Made by a program: the position numbers and the translations under genes | Shown: positions 22,247-34,459 of the stretch, in pieces | How the letters are laid out: every line of letters begins with the position of its first letter | How positions within the stretch are numbered: the first letter of the stretch is position 1 | Source: Chiloscyllium plagiosum | Taxonomy: Eukaryota | Direction of reading: 5' to 3' | Assembly (NCBI RefSeq): GCF_004010195.1 | Contig: NC_057758.1 | Span: 1,205,396-1,243,804 of the forward strand | Length of the DNA: 38,409 nucleotides | The notes under the pieces: generated by a model | Told to the model about the DNA's origin: nothing | The model's input: the letters and a program-made list of their open reading frames with translations, nothing else | Databases searched by the model: none

Positions 22247-23128
22247 TCATCCTTTAATACATTGAAGAAGTGAAGTGAAGGGATATTTCAGAGCTTTTCC
22301 AAACTGCTGTCTAAAATTTCTCTGAATCACACAATAAAAAATAGAATTAGTGCAGCAACCCATGATTTGTAGCATGAAGCCTAGTTCACGTGCAAAACCA
22401 TCGATCGAAGTTCCATAGAACCATTTCCTTAATCGGTACCATATGCAATAAACTGTTAACGTTGACCATAGGACGATGAAATTGGCTGAGATTGTAAAGA
22501 TCAGAATAACTGACTTCCTGCGTCTCTGCATCTCTGGGTCTCTTGAACACTCCAAGGAACTGTTGGAAAATAGTCTTCTGCGGCTTCTGCTTGTGACTAA
22601 AATGTGTCTGACAATGAAAGCATTGGGTGCCAAAGAAATGGGCACCCAGGACTTAGGATGTATTGTAGAAACTCAAGAGCTCCCCAAAATCGAGAATAGA
22701 CGATCTTCAATCTTACAACACAGAACCAAGGAGCGTTCCACAGTCGATACTTGCTCGTGAACATAAAAAACCAGAATACATTCTCTACGCAGTCACTATT
22801 CCAAGGACGACAAGTGTCATTTTATTCGTGAAGTATTTACTTTGAAGTTTGTGACAAGAAATCGCCACAAATCGATCCAATGTGAATGCGACGGTGAACC
22901 AGACAGAACAGTCAGAAATTGTGTTCAGCAGAACTGCATGAATGTTGCAAATGGGGATGGAAATCATGAAATAAAACTGTTCCTGGAAAACAATCGGAAT
23001 GTGCCTCAATATCAGATCAAAAATAACGACGAGTAGATCCGCCACCGCCATGGACAACAGGTAATAGGTGATGCTTTTGGAGAAACTGCACTTCTTTTGA
23101 CAGAGTATTACAATTGTCAGTCCGTTCA
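22247..23128 (-). pseudogene. GPR139-like: GPR139/GPR142-like class A GPCR, coding exon 2 (TM1 end to TM7), frameshifted
   Basis: NGLTIVILCQKKC..YYLLSMAVADLLVVI..CSVWFTVAFTLDRFVAISCHKL; a middle frame (ENVFWFFMF..PWFC..FWGALEFLQYILSPG); then IVRHILVTSR..DPEMQRRRKSVILIF..CCTNSIFYCVIQRNFRQQF; frameshifts at ~22787 and ~22645; polypyrimidine tract plus AG acceptor at 23129-23150. Confidence 0.88.
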
Positions 23129-23619
23129 CTTTGAGGAAGAGAAAGAAATGATATGTAAATAATATTACTTAGCTGCAGATAATATTGAGATCATTGCTAA
23201 ATTGACTCTTAATGTTCCTCACATTTGGTTTGAAAATTTGAGCTGACGTTGAGCATCGAAACTTGAACGTTGAACAGCAGCTTGTTTGAATTTCTGACGA
23301 GGGAAAAGCACAAAAGCACATAAACTGATATTTGGATAAGGGAACTGGTCTGGAAAGATAATTACAGATGAATTATTGTTCTAAGAAGACTGCAAATATT
23401 TCAGCACGGGTATGCGTTACGTTTAAGGTCTGACTAACAGTTGAATGTTCGATTAGTCAATCGTGGGAGGCTGGTCCCAAAAGGCCAACCACAGCGAATG
23501 TTGAAAATGAGAAGGATGCTGTGGAATAAATCGTGCATGGGTGGTTTTTTCAAGTCACCGTCCGCTTGCATGAAAGCTGGTAGACTAGTGAGCTGTGTTT
23601 GAGCTTCATTTTAGAAACC

Positions 23620-24310
23620 CTACAGCTCAACCCTTTCATGGTGACCAGATTTCCAAACTCGAATAGTCTGATTTTCCTCCATTAAATACGTATCCCCTAA
23701 ACCCTTTCTATTCATATAACTGCTTAAATGTCTTTAAGATATTTCAACTTTACTCACCCCTACCACTTCACCTGGCAGCTCATTCCATTTACGCACCACC
23801 CTCTGTATAAATAAAAGTTGCCTCTCACGTCTCTTCTCAATCCTTCCCTCTCAGTTGAGCCCGTGTCCTCTAGTTTTCGTTTTTCACTATATCTTTGGCC
23901 TTGTAACGCTGCAAAAACATATAAGGACACTCCTCCACCTCCTACACTCCAGGGTAAAAAACACAGCCTATCTCGGTTCTCTTGCAAACTGAATCCCTTC
24001 AGTATTTTTAACACACCTGTAGGTCTTTTCTTCAACATTTTCATTTTTAGAACATCCACTCTGCAACAGGAAAATTAGAATTATGCACAATACTCCAAAA
24101 CATGGCCACACTAACTTTTTCTTTAGCTGCAACCTGATACCCAAACTCCTAAACCCAATTCTCTAACCAACGAAGGGAAGGGTGCCAAATACCTTCTTCA
24201 CCACGTTATCTGGCTGTGACGACAATTTCAACGAACCATCTACCTGCATACCTTGGTCTGTCTGTTCGATAATATTCCTCAGGGCCTTAACATTAACTAT
24301 GTAGGTTCTG
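23620..24310 (-). mobile_element. CR1-type LINE 3' fragment
   Basis: Reverse complement of CR1 C-terminal/3' region (ACCACTTCACCTGGCAGCTCATTCCA, ATGCACAATACTCCAAAA). Confidence 0.8.
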
Positions 24311-24549
24311 CCACAGTGGAGAGCACGCCACTGTCTGCATCAACAATGATGACAGAGAGATAGTCAAGAGCGTCAAGATTCTTTGATTGATTATCTGTGC
24401 TGCTTCACCCAATTGGGCGTGATGATCAAGGAAATATAACAACAGCTTGAACAGAGGCTAAGTAACTTTTAATGGCCTCCTAATTGCCGGAGGCCCCTTT
24501 GCCTGAAAGCGAACTACTCCAATCCACATCTGAAATGTCCTGCCTACTT

Positions 24550-26030
24550 CTGTCGAAATGCGAGTTTGCCCACTTTAGAATTTGAACCTGCAAACCAGTT
24601 TCTTTTCCAGGTTCATAACTGTTATAAAATTAATAGAACTGTGGTCACCGGTTCGAAAATACTACCTACTGTCACCTTAACCACCTGTCCTACCCTATTT
24701 CGCAAGAGAGGATCGAGTTTTGCTCCTTCCCGAGGAGAACCCTTTCCATACTGCTTCAGGAAACTTTAATGACCGCACTATATAAATTCCAAAACATATA
24801 AATCTTTAACGTTCTGGCAGTTCCTATCTATATTAGGAAATTTAAAACATCCTACTAAGACAACCCAATTGCTCCTCCAATTCTCACCATGTCCTTGCAT
24901 AGTTTTTCCTCTAATCCCCGTGCACTATTACGTAGCCTCTACTACAATCCAAATAACGTCACAGACCTTTCTTACTTCTTTGCTCCATTCACAAAGCCTC
25001 ACTGGATGGTCCTTCAACTATTAAATCTTTGACTACTGATTTGATACTCGCTTTTATTAAATGCAAAGCCCTCATCACTTTCCAACACCTGTGTCCGCAT
25101 AAACCACATGTTTCCTGGCAAAATAAGCAGCCAGTCCTGTGCCTCCCTTCGCCATGTTTCTGTGATGGCTTTAATATCCCAGTTCCACGTTCCTATCCAC
25201 GCCCTGCTTTCATCAGCCTTACCTGTCAGTCGCCTTGCATTGAAATAAATGCAAATAAATTCAATTGATATTCCTCTCCTCCTGCCGTGTTCCAACCTGA
25301 CCTTTCTCTTCAACTTACTATTTCTGATTATTGTGTCTCCTTGACGCCTCCACTTGCCTCCCTGCTGTTGATGATTCCATCTCCCTGCCTATCTAGTTTA
25401 AATCCTCCCTTGTCTCACTTGCCGTCAAGATGTTGTCCCCCTCCACTTCAGTTTCAATCCGTCCTTTTTGAACCGCCTGCCTCTAATTTAGAAAATATCC
25501 CAATGTATGCATTTTCCACAGGTGCCGTCAACAGAGATGATGTAAGTCTCCCTGAACTCCAACATCCTGCAGGAGGAACATGCAACTGTGTTAACTGTCA
25601 TCTATGCTGCTCGTAGACTAAAGAGGTAAGTTAAAGAGATATTAACTGTAGCGTATTTTTTCTGAGCCATTTTACGTAGCCTGCTACTAACAAATTTTCC
25701 AACGGCAGTTCTCTCAACCAGCACGACCACAGATTTTATTTTTTGGTGAAAGAAGGAGAGAAATACTACAATGCTGCAGTGCTTGGACCTTAAGCACACC
25801 TTGATATCATGTGCACTACGACTCGCTCTTCAACGCAGGTGACTGCTTGGAGGCTGTCATGTATGCTCCAAAGTAATAACTACGTCACTCGGTCGCCCTC
25901 AGCTGGATGTTCTTCCTGCCGCTGCTCACGGCGACAGTTGCCAGTCAATCCACTTTTCAGTGAGGTGACTGCTTTCATGCTGCAACGTATGTGCCGACGT
26001 GTTGCCTCCACCTCTCAGTTGCTGGATGCT
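24550..26030 (-). mobile_element. CR1-type LINE 5' remnant (APE endonuclease and upstream ORF1 debris)
   Basis: ORF 25014..25313: CIYFNARRLTGKADESRAWIGTWNWDIKAITETW matches the APE N-terminus; boundaries approximate. Confidence 0.7.
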
Positions 26031-26243
26031 ATAGGCTCCTGTGACTTGAAGATCAAGTTTGGAAGGATTAAGGGACACCGGGTGGCAAAACATATTGAGG
26101 TTTTGAATATAAAAAAGGATGCATGGCTGAGGTACAGGCAGCCGAGATCGAGGGAATGCTGTAAAGTATGCAAGGATTACAGGAGTTTATGAAAAAGAAA
26201 TCAGAAGGGCAAGATGGAGTCACGAGGTATTCTCAGTTGAGAA

Positions 26244-26598
26244 GGGTGGTTAGCACAGTGGTTCAGTGGTCAGTACTGCTGACCCACAGTGCCAAGGAGT
26301 CCAGTTCGATTCAACCCTTGTCTGACTATCTATGTGGGAAATTCATATTCTCCCTGTGCCTGCATGGGTTTCCTCCGCCTGGTCTGATTTCCTCTCACAA
26401 TAAAAAGATGTGCAGGATTGGCGAATTTACTGTGTTAAATGACCCATAGCGTTCAAGGATGCGTGTTTTACATGTATTAGTCAGGGGTAAATGGAGAGTA
26501 ATGGGTGAGGGGAATGGGCCTGTGTGGGTTAGTCTTTCGAGGGTTAGTGTGGACTGGTCGGCTAAATGGCATGCTTCCACATTGCAGAGATACTATAA
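26244..26598 (+). mobile_element. diverged HE1/V-SINE-type SINE
   Basis: A box TGGTTCAGTGG, B box AGTTCGATTC, decayed V-domain and tail. Confidence 0.75.
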
Positions 26599-27026
26599 AG
26601 ATTACAGTGAATGCAAAGAAACTTTTATTGAAATGTACTTAAGGAAAACGAATAGCTAAAAAGTGATAGGACCCCTCAAGAGCAAAAGTGACCATGTATG
26701 TGTGGAACAGCAGGAGATTCAAGAGCCGCTCAATGAATATTTCTCCACTGCGTTGAACGTATAGAAAGACAAGAAGACTTAGGAACATGGTGGCGTCATG
26801 GTGATATCTTGAGGGCAGTCAATATCACAGTGGAGGAGGTGTTGGGTGTATTAGAATGTATGAAGTTGGAACAATTTCCTGGTTCTGAACAGGTGTAATC
26901 CAAGAACCCTGCAAGAGGCTACAGAAGAAATTACAGGGCCACTAGCTCACATTTTTGCATTGTTGTTATAGCCACTGGTGAGATCCCGGAAGAGCTGAGG
27001 ATAGCGAATATTGTCACCTTATTTAA

Positions 27027-27096
27027 GGATCGGTGTAGACTCGTTGGGTCGAAGGGCCTATTTCCACAATGTAAGTAATGTAATCTAATCTAATCA
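27027..27096 (+). mobile_element. 5'-truncated HE1 SINE/LINE tail
   Basis: TTGGGTCGAAGGGCCTATTTCCACAATGTAAGTAATGTAATCTAATCTAATC. Confidence 0.75.
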
Positions 27097-27579
27097 TATA
27101 TACTTTTAGAAAGACGCCAATTGATTATGAGTAGTCAGCATGATATTGTGAGTAGAAGGTCATACCTTACCAGTTTTCTGAGAACTATTTCATAAAGTGA
27201 TCTGGTAGACTGATGACGGCAGGAGATCATATGCAGTCTACATGGATTTCAGTAAGGTATTTGGTAAGGTTCCACCGAATGGGTTGCAATGGAAGGTGAG
27301 ACAGCATTGAAAATAATTCAACCTGGCAAATTAATTGACTTGTTGACTTGTTGATAAGAAGCAGACGGTAACAGTGGAATGATGTTTGTTGGATTGGAGG
27401 CCTCTGACTAATGGTGTGCCTCAGGGCTCTCTGCTGGGCACATTGCTGCTTGTCATCCACGTCATGATTTAAATGAGAAGGAGGGAAGGCATGATGGTTA
27501 AGTACGCAGATGACATGAAAATAGTTGGGATCATGGGCAGTTAGGAAAACCATGAGAAATTGCCGCATGATCTTGATTA

Positions 27580-27853
27580 GGAGAAAGTGATGACTGCAGA
27601 TGCTGGAAATCAAGAGTCAGAGAATTTGGCAATGAAAAAGCAAAGCATGCCAGGCAGCATCTGAGAAGCAGGAAAGTCGATGGATCAGCCAAAAAAGCCT
27701 CATGATTGAGGCTTTTTGATCAAGGTGGTTGATCCCGTGTGGTTGTGGGCCCCAAGGCGGAAGATGAGGTATTCTTCGTCCAGACGTCGATGGCGAGGAA
27801 TTGGTAGTGGAGGAGGCCCAGTATTTGCATGTACTTGACGGAGTGGGAGGGGT
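27580..27853 (-). mobile_element. Penelope-like element 3' end (GIY-YIG C-terminus and pLTR)
   Basis: Starts GGAGAAAGTGATGACTGCAGATGCTGG, the same terminus as at 4731 and 9423; minus strand encodes RRLDEEYLIFRL / GPQPHGIN. Confidence 0.8.
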
Positions 27854-29175
27854 TCTTCCACACATGCCATCCCTTACCTCCGTTGAAGGCCGCAAAGGAT
27901 CCTTACACATGTGACAGATATATAAACGTACTTCCACACACGTCACGGGACGTGAGACAATTTCCTCCTCGACTCCCTTGTTAGGACCATGGCACCGACC
28001 AACACACTCTCCACTCCCGGCACTTTCCCCTGCCACTGCAAGCAGTGCAAAACCTGCACACACACCTTCACTTTCCTCCGTCCATTTCCCCAAAGCATCC
28101 TTCCAAATGCAACAGAAATTTACCTGTACTTCCAAACATGTCAACTACTGTGTGCTTTGCTCCCCATGTGGTCTCCTCTGCACTGCAAAGGAGACTGCAG
28201 AATGTTTCACTGAACATCACTGAGACACAATCAGGAAACATCCCCACAGTCCTGTGACCGAAAACTTTAACTCCGCCTCCCACTCCGCCAAGGACATGCA
28301 AGTCCTGGGCCTCCATCACCTCCAAACTCGAACCACCGGACGCCTGGAGGGAGAACGCCAGGCTTACACTTTGGGATACTCCAACCACAGAGGATCAATG
28401 TGGATTTCACTAGTTCCCTCGTTTCCTCTCCACACCCTCAACTGTATCTCAGATGCAACCTTCCAACTCGGCACAGCCTTCTTGAACTGCCCTATCTGTT
28501 AATCTTCCACCTTACCTGTCCGGTCCACTGCCCTCTCCGACTTATCACATTCACCCCCACCTTCATCTACTTAGTGCATTCCCAGCTGCCTTCACCCAGC
28601 CACACCCGCTCCCATTTACCTCTCCACCCCTCGGGTCAGAAGCCTCCTCCTTCAAACACCGCAATTTCCACCCAGACGCGGTCAACGATGCTCTCCAAAG
28701 CATCTTCTCCACCTCCCGCTCCTCCGCCCTTGAGCCCCGTCCCTCCAACCGCCACCAGGACAGAACCCCACTGGTCCTCCATTACCACCCCACCAACCTC
28801 CATATACAGCATATCATCCGCCGTCATTTCCTCCACCTCCAAACGGACCCCACCACCAGGGCTATATTTCCCTCCCCTCCCCAATCAGCGTTCCGAAAAG
28901 ACCACTCCTTCCGTGACTCCCTCTTCAGGTCCACACGCCCCACCAACCCAACCTCCACTCCCGGCACCTTCCCCTGTAACTGCAAGAAATGCAAAACTTG
29001 TGCCCACACCTCCCCACTTACTTCCGTCCAAGGCCGCAATGGATACTTCCATATCCGCCACAAATTCACCTGTATCTCCACACACATCATTTATTGCATC
29101 CACTGCACCCGATGTGGCCTCCTCTATATTGGGGATACAGACCGCCGACTTGCGGGACATTTCAGAGAACGTGCC
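27854..29175 (+). mobile_element. two tandem Penelope-like (Neptune-type) fragments: Cys-rich linker and GIY-YIG endonuclease
   Basis: GTFPCHCKQCKTC (~28020-28060); second copy GTFPCNCKKCKTCAH..KFTCISTHIIYCIHCTRCGLLYIGDTDRRLAGHFRE (~28960-29170). Confidence 0.85.
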
Positions 29176-29582
29176 TTTCTTCACCGTTACATGTTTCTGT
29201 TGATGAATATTTCAATTTCCTGGAAAAATACCAATGGGTCTTTATATTCTTTCGTAATAATCCCAGAGTATCATCGTTCCGACACCGACATCATTGGCCT
29301 AGATAGCCTCCTTGAAGTCTTCATGTTGGGGGTTAAGGTAGTTTTCAGGCTATCAAATGCCTTTTCACAGTCCGCTGTGCACCGAAATTATTCGCCTTTA
29401 TTAGCAAGTCAATGTTTGGAGCAGCCACACTGTTAAGTTTCGGCACAAACATTTGGCAAACTTCACACAATACCAGAAAGTGTAGTATTGCTATTTCTGC
29501 CAACCATGTGGGAAATTCCCCAATTACTTACATTTTCCAATCCGTGGAGCCATTTTCCCTTTCTCAATAACAAAACGGCATC

Positions 29583-29899
29583 GGGTGGGCGGCACGGTGG
29601 CACAGTGGTTAGCGCTGCTGCCTCACAGCGCCAGAGACCAGGGTTCAATTCCCGCCTCAGGCGACTGACTGTGTGGAGTTTGCACGTTCTCCCCGTGTCT
29701 GCGTGGGTTTCCTCCGGGTGCTCCGGTTTCCTCCCACAGTCCAAAGTGGTGCAGGTAAGGTGAATTGACCATGCTAAATTGCCCGTAGTGTTAGGTATAG
29801 GGGTAAATGTATGGGTGGGTTGCGCTTTGGCAGGTTGGTGTGTATTTGTTGGGCCAAAGGGCCTGTTTCCACACTGTAATGTAATCTAATCTAGTCTAA
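29583..29899 (+). mobile_element. full-length HE1/V-SINE-type SINE inserted in the Gypsy RT
   Basis: A box TGGCACAGTGG (29598-29608), B box GGTTCAATTCC (29642-29652), V-domain, LINE-like tail and TCTAA repeats. Confidence 0.93.
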
Positions 29900-32800
29900 A
29901 GCCTAAGAAGGTGACTTGGGCTTTGACAAATTCACTTTTATCTAGCTCTATCACCAAACATACCTTCCACAATCAATCAAACAATTTCAACAAATGGTGC
30001 AAACGTTCCTTCCATGACTGACTAAAAATCACTAGGTCAACAATACACATCACACTGGTGGGTAATCGAGCAATAACCTTATTAGCTAGTCTCTGAAATG
30101 TGGCTGGTGCGGTTTTATGCCAAATGGTTTCTGCACTGATATGGTCCAGAGCCCTTTGAACTGCTCTGTCAGATGTATTTGGCAACTTAGAATTGTAAGT
30201 TGCTTGTCCCACTTCTTGACACAGTCCTCCAACTGCAGAATTGGATATGCATCAGTCTTTTCAACGGTGTGACATTGCAATTATTCACACATAGCCGTTG
30301 GGTACCATCTCGCTCTGGCACAATGAATATGGTTGAGCTCCAGTCACAGTAACTCACTTCCGTTATGCCAAATTGAAGCATGCGGTCTACCTTCCTCTGA
30401 ATCTGTGCCAATTTTGGAGTGTTATGTCTACAAAGATGTTGCTTAATCAGAACAGCATCTCCTATTATGCACAATTAGGTTGGTACTTCCCAGTTTATTT
30501 CCACAAATCTCCCCATGTGAAAGTAATAACTCTTTTAAGTCATTTTCATTTTCTTGTGGAAAGTAACTCAGTAATACATCCCATTTTTGACAAATTACTC
30601 ATTATACAATTTGATTTGAGGAACGTCCAGTTAAGAATCCTTTGAATTTGGTTCTTTCGTCTGTGCTAAAATCATTAACACATCCTTCTCTTGCTTTCCT
30701 TCCCTTTCGAAAAACCTTTTGAGCATATTCAAATGAAACACTCTGTGAGATTTCTTCCTGTCTGGAATCCTTATCATATAGTTCATCTCACTCAATTTCG
30801 TCTCGATTCAATAAGGCACACTGAACCTTGCTTTTACCTGGAAGTAATACCATACCTTACCTCTAATGACAAATTTGCGAATTTGTATTTCATTATACGC
30901 ATCCTGTTTCATTGAATGCTGTGATACTTTTAAAATCTGTCTAGCCATCTCTCCGGATATCTTTAGTTGTGCTCCAAAATTTGACACATGGTCCAAATAT
31001 GTGGTCTGCCAATTCTAATTTATAAATTTTTCTTTAATCAATTTTAACAGTCTCCTTTCTTCATGCCCAAACATTAATACAAATGGCCTGAATTTGGTCG
31101 ATTCATTTGGTGCATCTCTGATCGAAAAAAGTCCACACTGAATTCCTTTATCCCAATCATCTGGATAATCCCGTCCATAAGCCGTCAACATGGTCTTTAG
31201 TATTTGATACCATCTCTCTAGCACTCCCTGCGATTCTGGGGCGGCCCACAGTAAATTGCTTTACTCTCAAGTGATCCAGAACTACCTTGAATACTTTTGA
31301 TGTGAACTTTCGTCTTTGAGTTAACTGGATCTCTGTTGGCAGTTTGTAACTAGTAAAAAAGAAAGTGTTATTCTTCTGCAACCCTTTTAGCTGTGATGTC
31401 GTGTATTGGGATTGCCTTGGAAATCAAGTCGATACATCCATTATTGTTCCTAAATATATATTCCCAGTTTTTGTTTGAGATGGAGGACCTATGAAATCAA
31501 TATTGTGAAAGGTTACTCAAATGCGAGGATAGATATTAAAGATGCTGGTTTTATGTGGTTTCACGATTGGCTGACATGTACGACACGTCTAGCAAAATTC
31601 ACCGACATCCCTTTGTAGCCCAAGCCTTAAAAATGTATTTGTATTTTAGCCTGTGTTCTCCTCACTCCTAAATGATCTCTAAGTGGAAGCTCATCCGTCA
31701 TTCACAGCACTGCCTTTCTCTGCCCCACTAGCAAAGCAATCTGATGAACTTCTGCCCATTTCTCATCTGCTTGAAGGTATGTTGGTCTCCATTTCCTAAT
31801 TCACACATCATTTGTTAAGGCTTAACACACAGGGATGCATTCACTCTCCCTCTCTGCACATACATTTTAATGCAAAGTTTTAAGTTCTCATCTTTCAGCT
31901 GCAACTCGATAATCTTAGCAGAGCAAAAGATATTTGCATGTTTACCTGTTTGCTCCTTCTCTGTCCCATTTATCTGATCAAAAAGTCCCTGTTGCAGCTA
32001 TCTCAGCTTAACTATCTGTGCCTTTTGATCTCTGCTGCTTCAGCCTGTGCCTCTGTGATCCTGTGGCTACACAATCTAGGAAAATCCCTCGATAAAGATC
32101 CTTCATGTCTTCAGTTGTCTGTGTCTCCACTGGGTTTTCAATTCGAGTAGATAGCATGTCTACCGGTGAGTCAATGTTACCATTTCCAAGAAGAAATGGT
32201 AACATTGAGCTGAGAGTTTGTCCAGTACTCCTACCACAAATTCTCCACTCTTCTCTGGACACACTAGCCTCATTTTATATCAGTGATCACTTTGTATCTC
32301 AACATGAATTCCTGTTACCAGTGACTTTTCTGGCAATAATCCTTCAAGCGTATATATCTCCTCAACCCTCAGCATCAGAGACTGAGATGATGCTGGGACC
32401 CTCAAAATCGTAACCTCTTTACTTGCTACTTCTTGCCAATGCGAATCCACTTTACCATTGCATGGATATTTTTAAGAGATCTGGCACTTCATTCCTCAAA
32501 CAGCCTGTGATCATTTGTACACTCTGAGGCAGACGTCTAATTTGCCTTGTACATTTTGTTACTAGTCCAACAAAACATCCAGGCACGTCAGGATTTCCTA
32601 CATGTGGCTTTTTCCGACCCAACAATTCGGATTTCTTGTTTATTACAATGAAAACACGAGAGCTTTTTTATTTCTTTGTCACCTCAACGGTTTCCTTTTT
32701 ACCTTGTGATATTTTCTTCATACGATCTTCACTAAGATCGACCTTCCCGTTCAACGTGAGGATTTATCTTTGCCCCAATTTCTATCCCTCATGGACGGAA

Positions 32801-33378
32801 CCTGACTCTGGAAGTCAACCCGTATTCTATCAACCAGCTCATAATCATCAGCCACTTGAGCTGCTAAACTTGCCGTTTTCACTCACTGCTCTCCAACATT
32901 CAGCTTACCTTCAGCCTTGATCTCCTGCCTTTTATGCTGACGTCACGTTTTAAGTGTCAGTTTCTGAACTTCAAACTCTTTCCATTTTTTTCTGTTCTGC
33001 TTTTAACCGAAAGTCAAACTGTTCCGTTTCTGCTGCCCATTCCATTTCTCTCGCCTTTAACTCAGGCTGCTTCATTTGCAATCGAGTTTTTGCTGTCTCC
33101 CTAGATTCTGATTGTTTTACCAGTAGGTTTAATGGTTGAGCTACTGCTGTAATCATTTCTCCTATCCTCACAGAAGGAGGTAGCTCTAATCCCAGCGTGT
33201 GTGATAACTCCTGCAATTTGGTCTTATTCACCTTGTGGAAAACTTCCAAAATCATCACATCCAGTGTCAGAAAACATTTGGCGACTGAAACAGCCATTTC
33301 CATTCCAAGCTTTGCCTACCCAAATAAACCAACGTCCGATATAAAGACACTAGAACCAACTACTCGCTGTTTAACATC

Positions 33379-33993
33379 TGTTATGAGCTCGGTCAGATCA
33401 CTCAAAACATTCTTAAACAGGCAGCCCACAATTTGCAATTTGCAAAAATTTGCAATTTGCAAAACTTTGCAATTTGTTTCGGTCAGTGTACAGTAAATGT
33501 TACCAGGAGTAAGTTAGGTACATTGACTGCTAGGTTTTAAGAGAGACAAAAACAAAATATTCACAATATTACGGAATGAAACACACAGAATAAAGAACAT
33601 TTACAGAAATCGGACTATCCATAACTAAACTTAATTATGCTGTTCCAAATATACACAACAGCAACAATCATCAAACGCCTTACACACAGAACAACACCAT
33701 TACAACAAAGGCTTCCAGGTCGAAGCTAGAAGGGCAGAAGGAGAGAGTCTATCAGCCGGTTCCCACACAAACCACTGTTTAACTGAATCTAACTTAACAT
33801 TATACAGGTCACTTCTCAAATATGATCACTTTGGCCTGACGGCACATCTTTTTCAAAATCTTTTTTCCTCTCTGTACCAAACTAGCCACACCGGAGATGG
33901 GAGCTGGATTCCGACCCCTCTGAAAAAGACGAATAACACAGCATCCTTGAAAAAAGGAACAGCTTTTTGAAAACAAGAAGCAGCTTTGTGACA
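33379..33993 (-). repeat. 5' LTR of the second Gypsy element
   Basis: On the minus strand starts TGTCACA and ends CTCATAACA; lies just upstream of gag; no clear primer-binding site survives. Confidence 0.65.
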
Positions 33994-34101
33994 AGAGGTA
34001 GATAGAGGTGTAGAGAAAGATAAAGAGAGATAAGGGGAGCAAGAGAGAGAGGCAGTTTGGCGTGGAGAGAGAGTGGGAGAGATAGCGAGCAAGAGAAAGA
34101 T
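33994..34101. repeat. GA-rich low-complexity tract
   Basis: Purine-rich imperfect (GA)n. Confidence 0.7.
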
Positions 34102-34459
34102 AAATGTCCTGCTTTATCGGATATACAAGCTTCCTGAAGTCCAAACAATGGAACGCTGAATTAGAAGTATTGATGCATTTGCCTGAATGGGTTGGGATGG
34201 TAATCCTAATAATCCGTTCCAGAAAGATAAACAGCTGACGTCGACATTTATGTGTGGGAAATAACGTCTCGTGAAGGACATATAAGAATCTGGCCAGCTT
34301 TTTATTACTATAATGAATGTCTTATTGTGACTGTGTTTGTTTGTCTGTATTTATTATTTATGGGGGCTGATTTTTTGTGTTTCTTTCTTTTATAAGGCAC
34401 AAGCATTAATCAGCAATTCTTGTTATTTTTTAAATGAATTGCTAAGATTGTCTTTAAGA

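Larger units (their letters stand above)
26035..27578 (+). mobile_element. CR1-type LINE ORF2 remnant (tether and RT) interrupted by SINEs
   Basis: LNEYFS.., ANIVTLFK, AVYMDFSKVFGKVP, GVPQGSLLG.., KYADDMKIVG. Confidence 0.8.
29176..33993 (-). mobile_element. second decayed Gmr1-like Gypsy element (5'LTR-gag-INT-RT-RH, 3' end lost), inside the GPCR intron
   Basis: gag ORF 32971..33303 homologous to ~12270-12480; integrase 31015..31224 (LERWYQILKTMLTAY..WDKGI..IRDAPNEST); RT 29973-30474; connection/RH 29176-29400 (ADCEKAFDSLK, DVGVG). Confidence 0.85.

Noticed and set aside
28400..29203. 267-aa Pro/Ser/Thr-rich ORF
   Set aside because: Off-frame reading of C-rich Penelope sequence; the meaningful GIY-YIG translation is in another frame.
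29590..29660. tRNA gene
   Set aside because: The A and B boxes belong to the SINE head, which runs straight into the V-domain; no cloverleaf or terminator.
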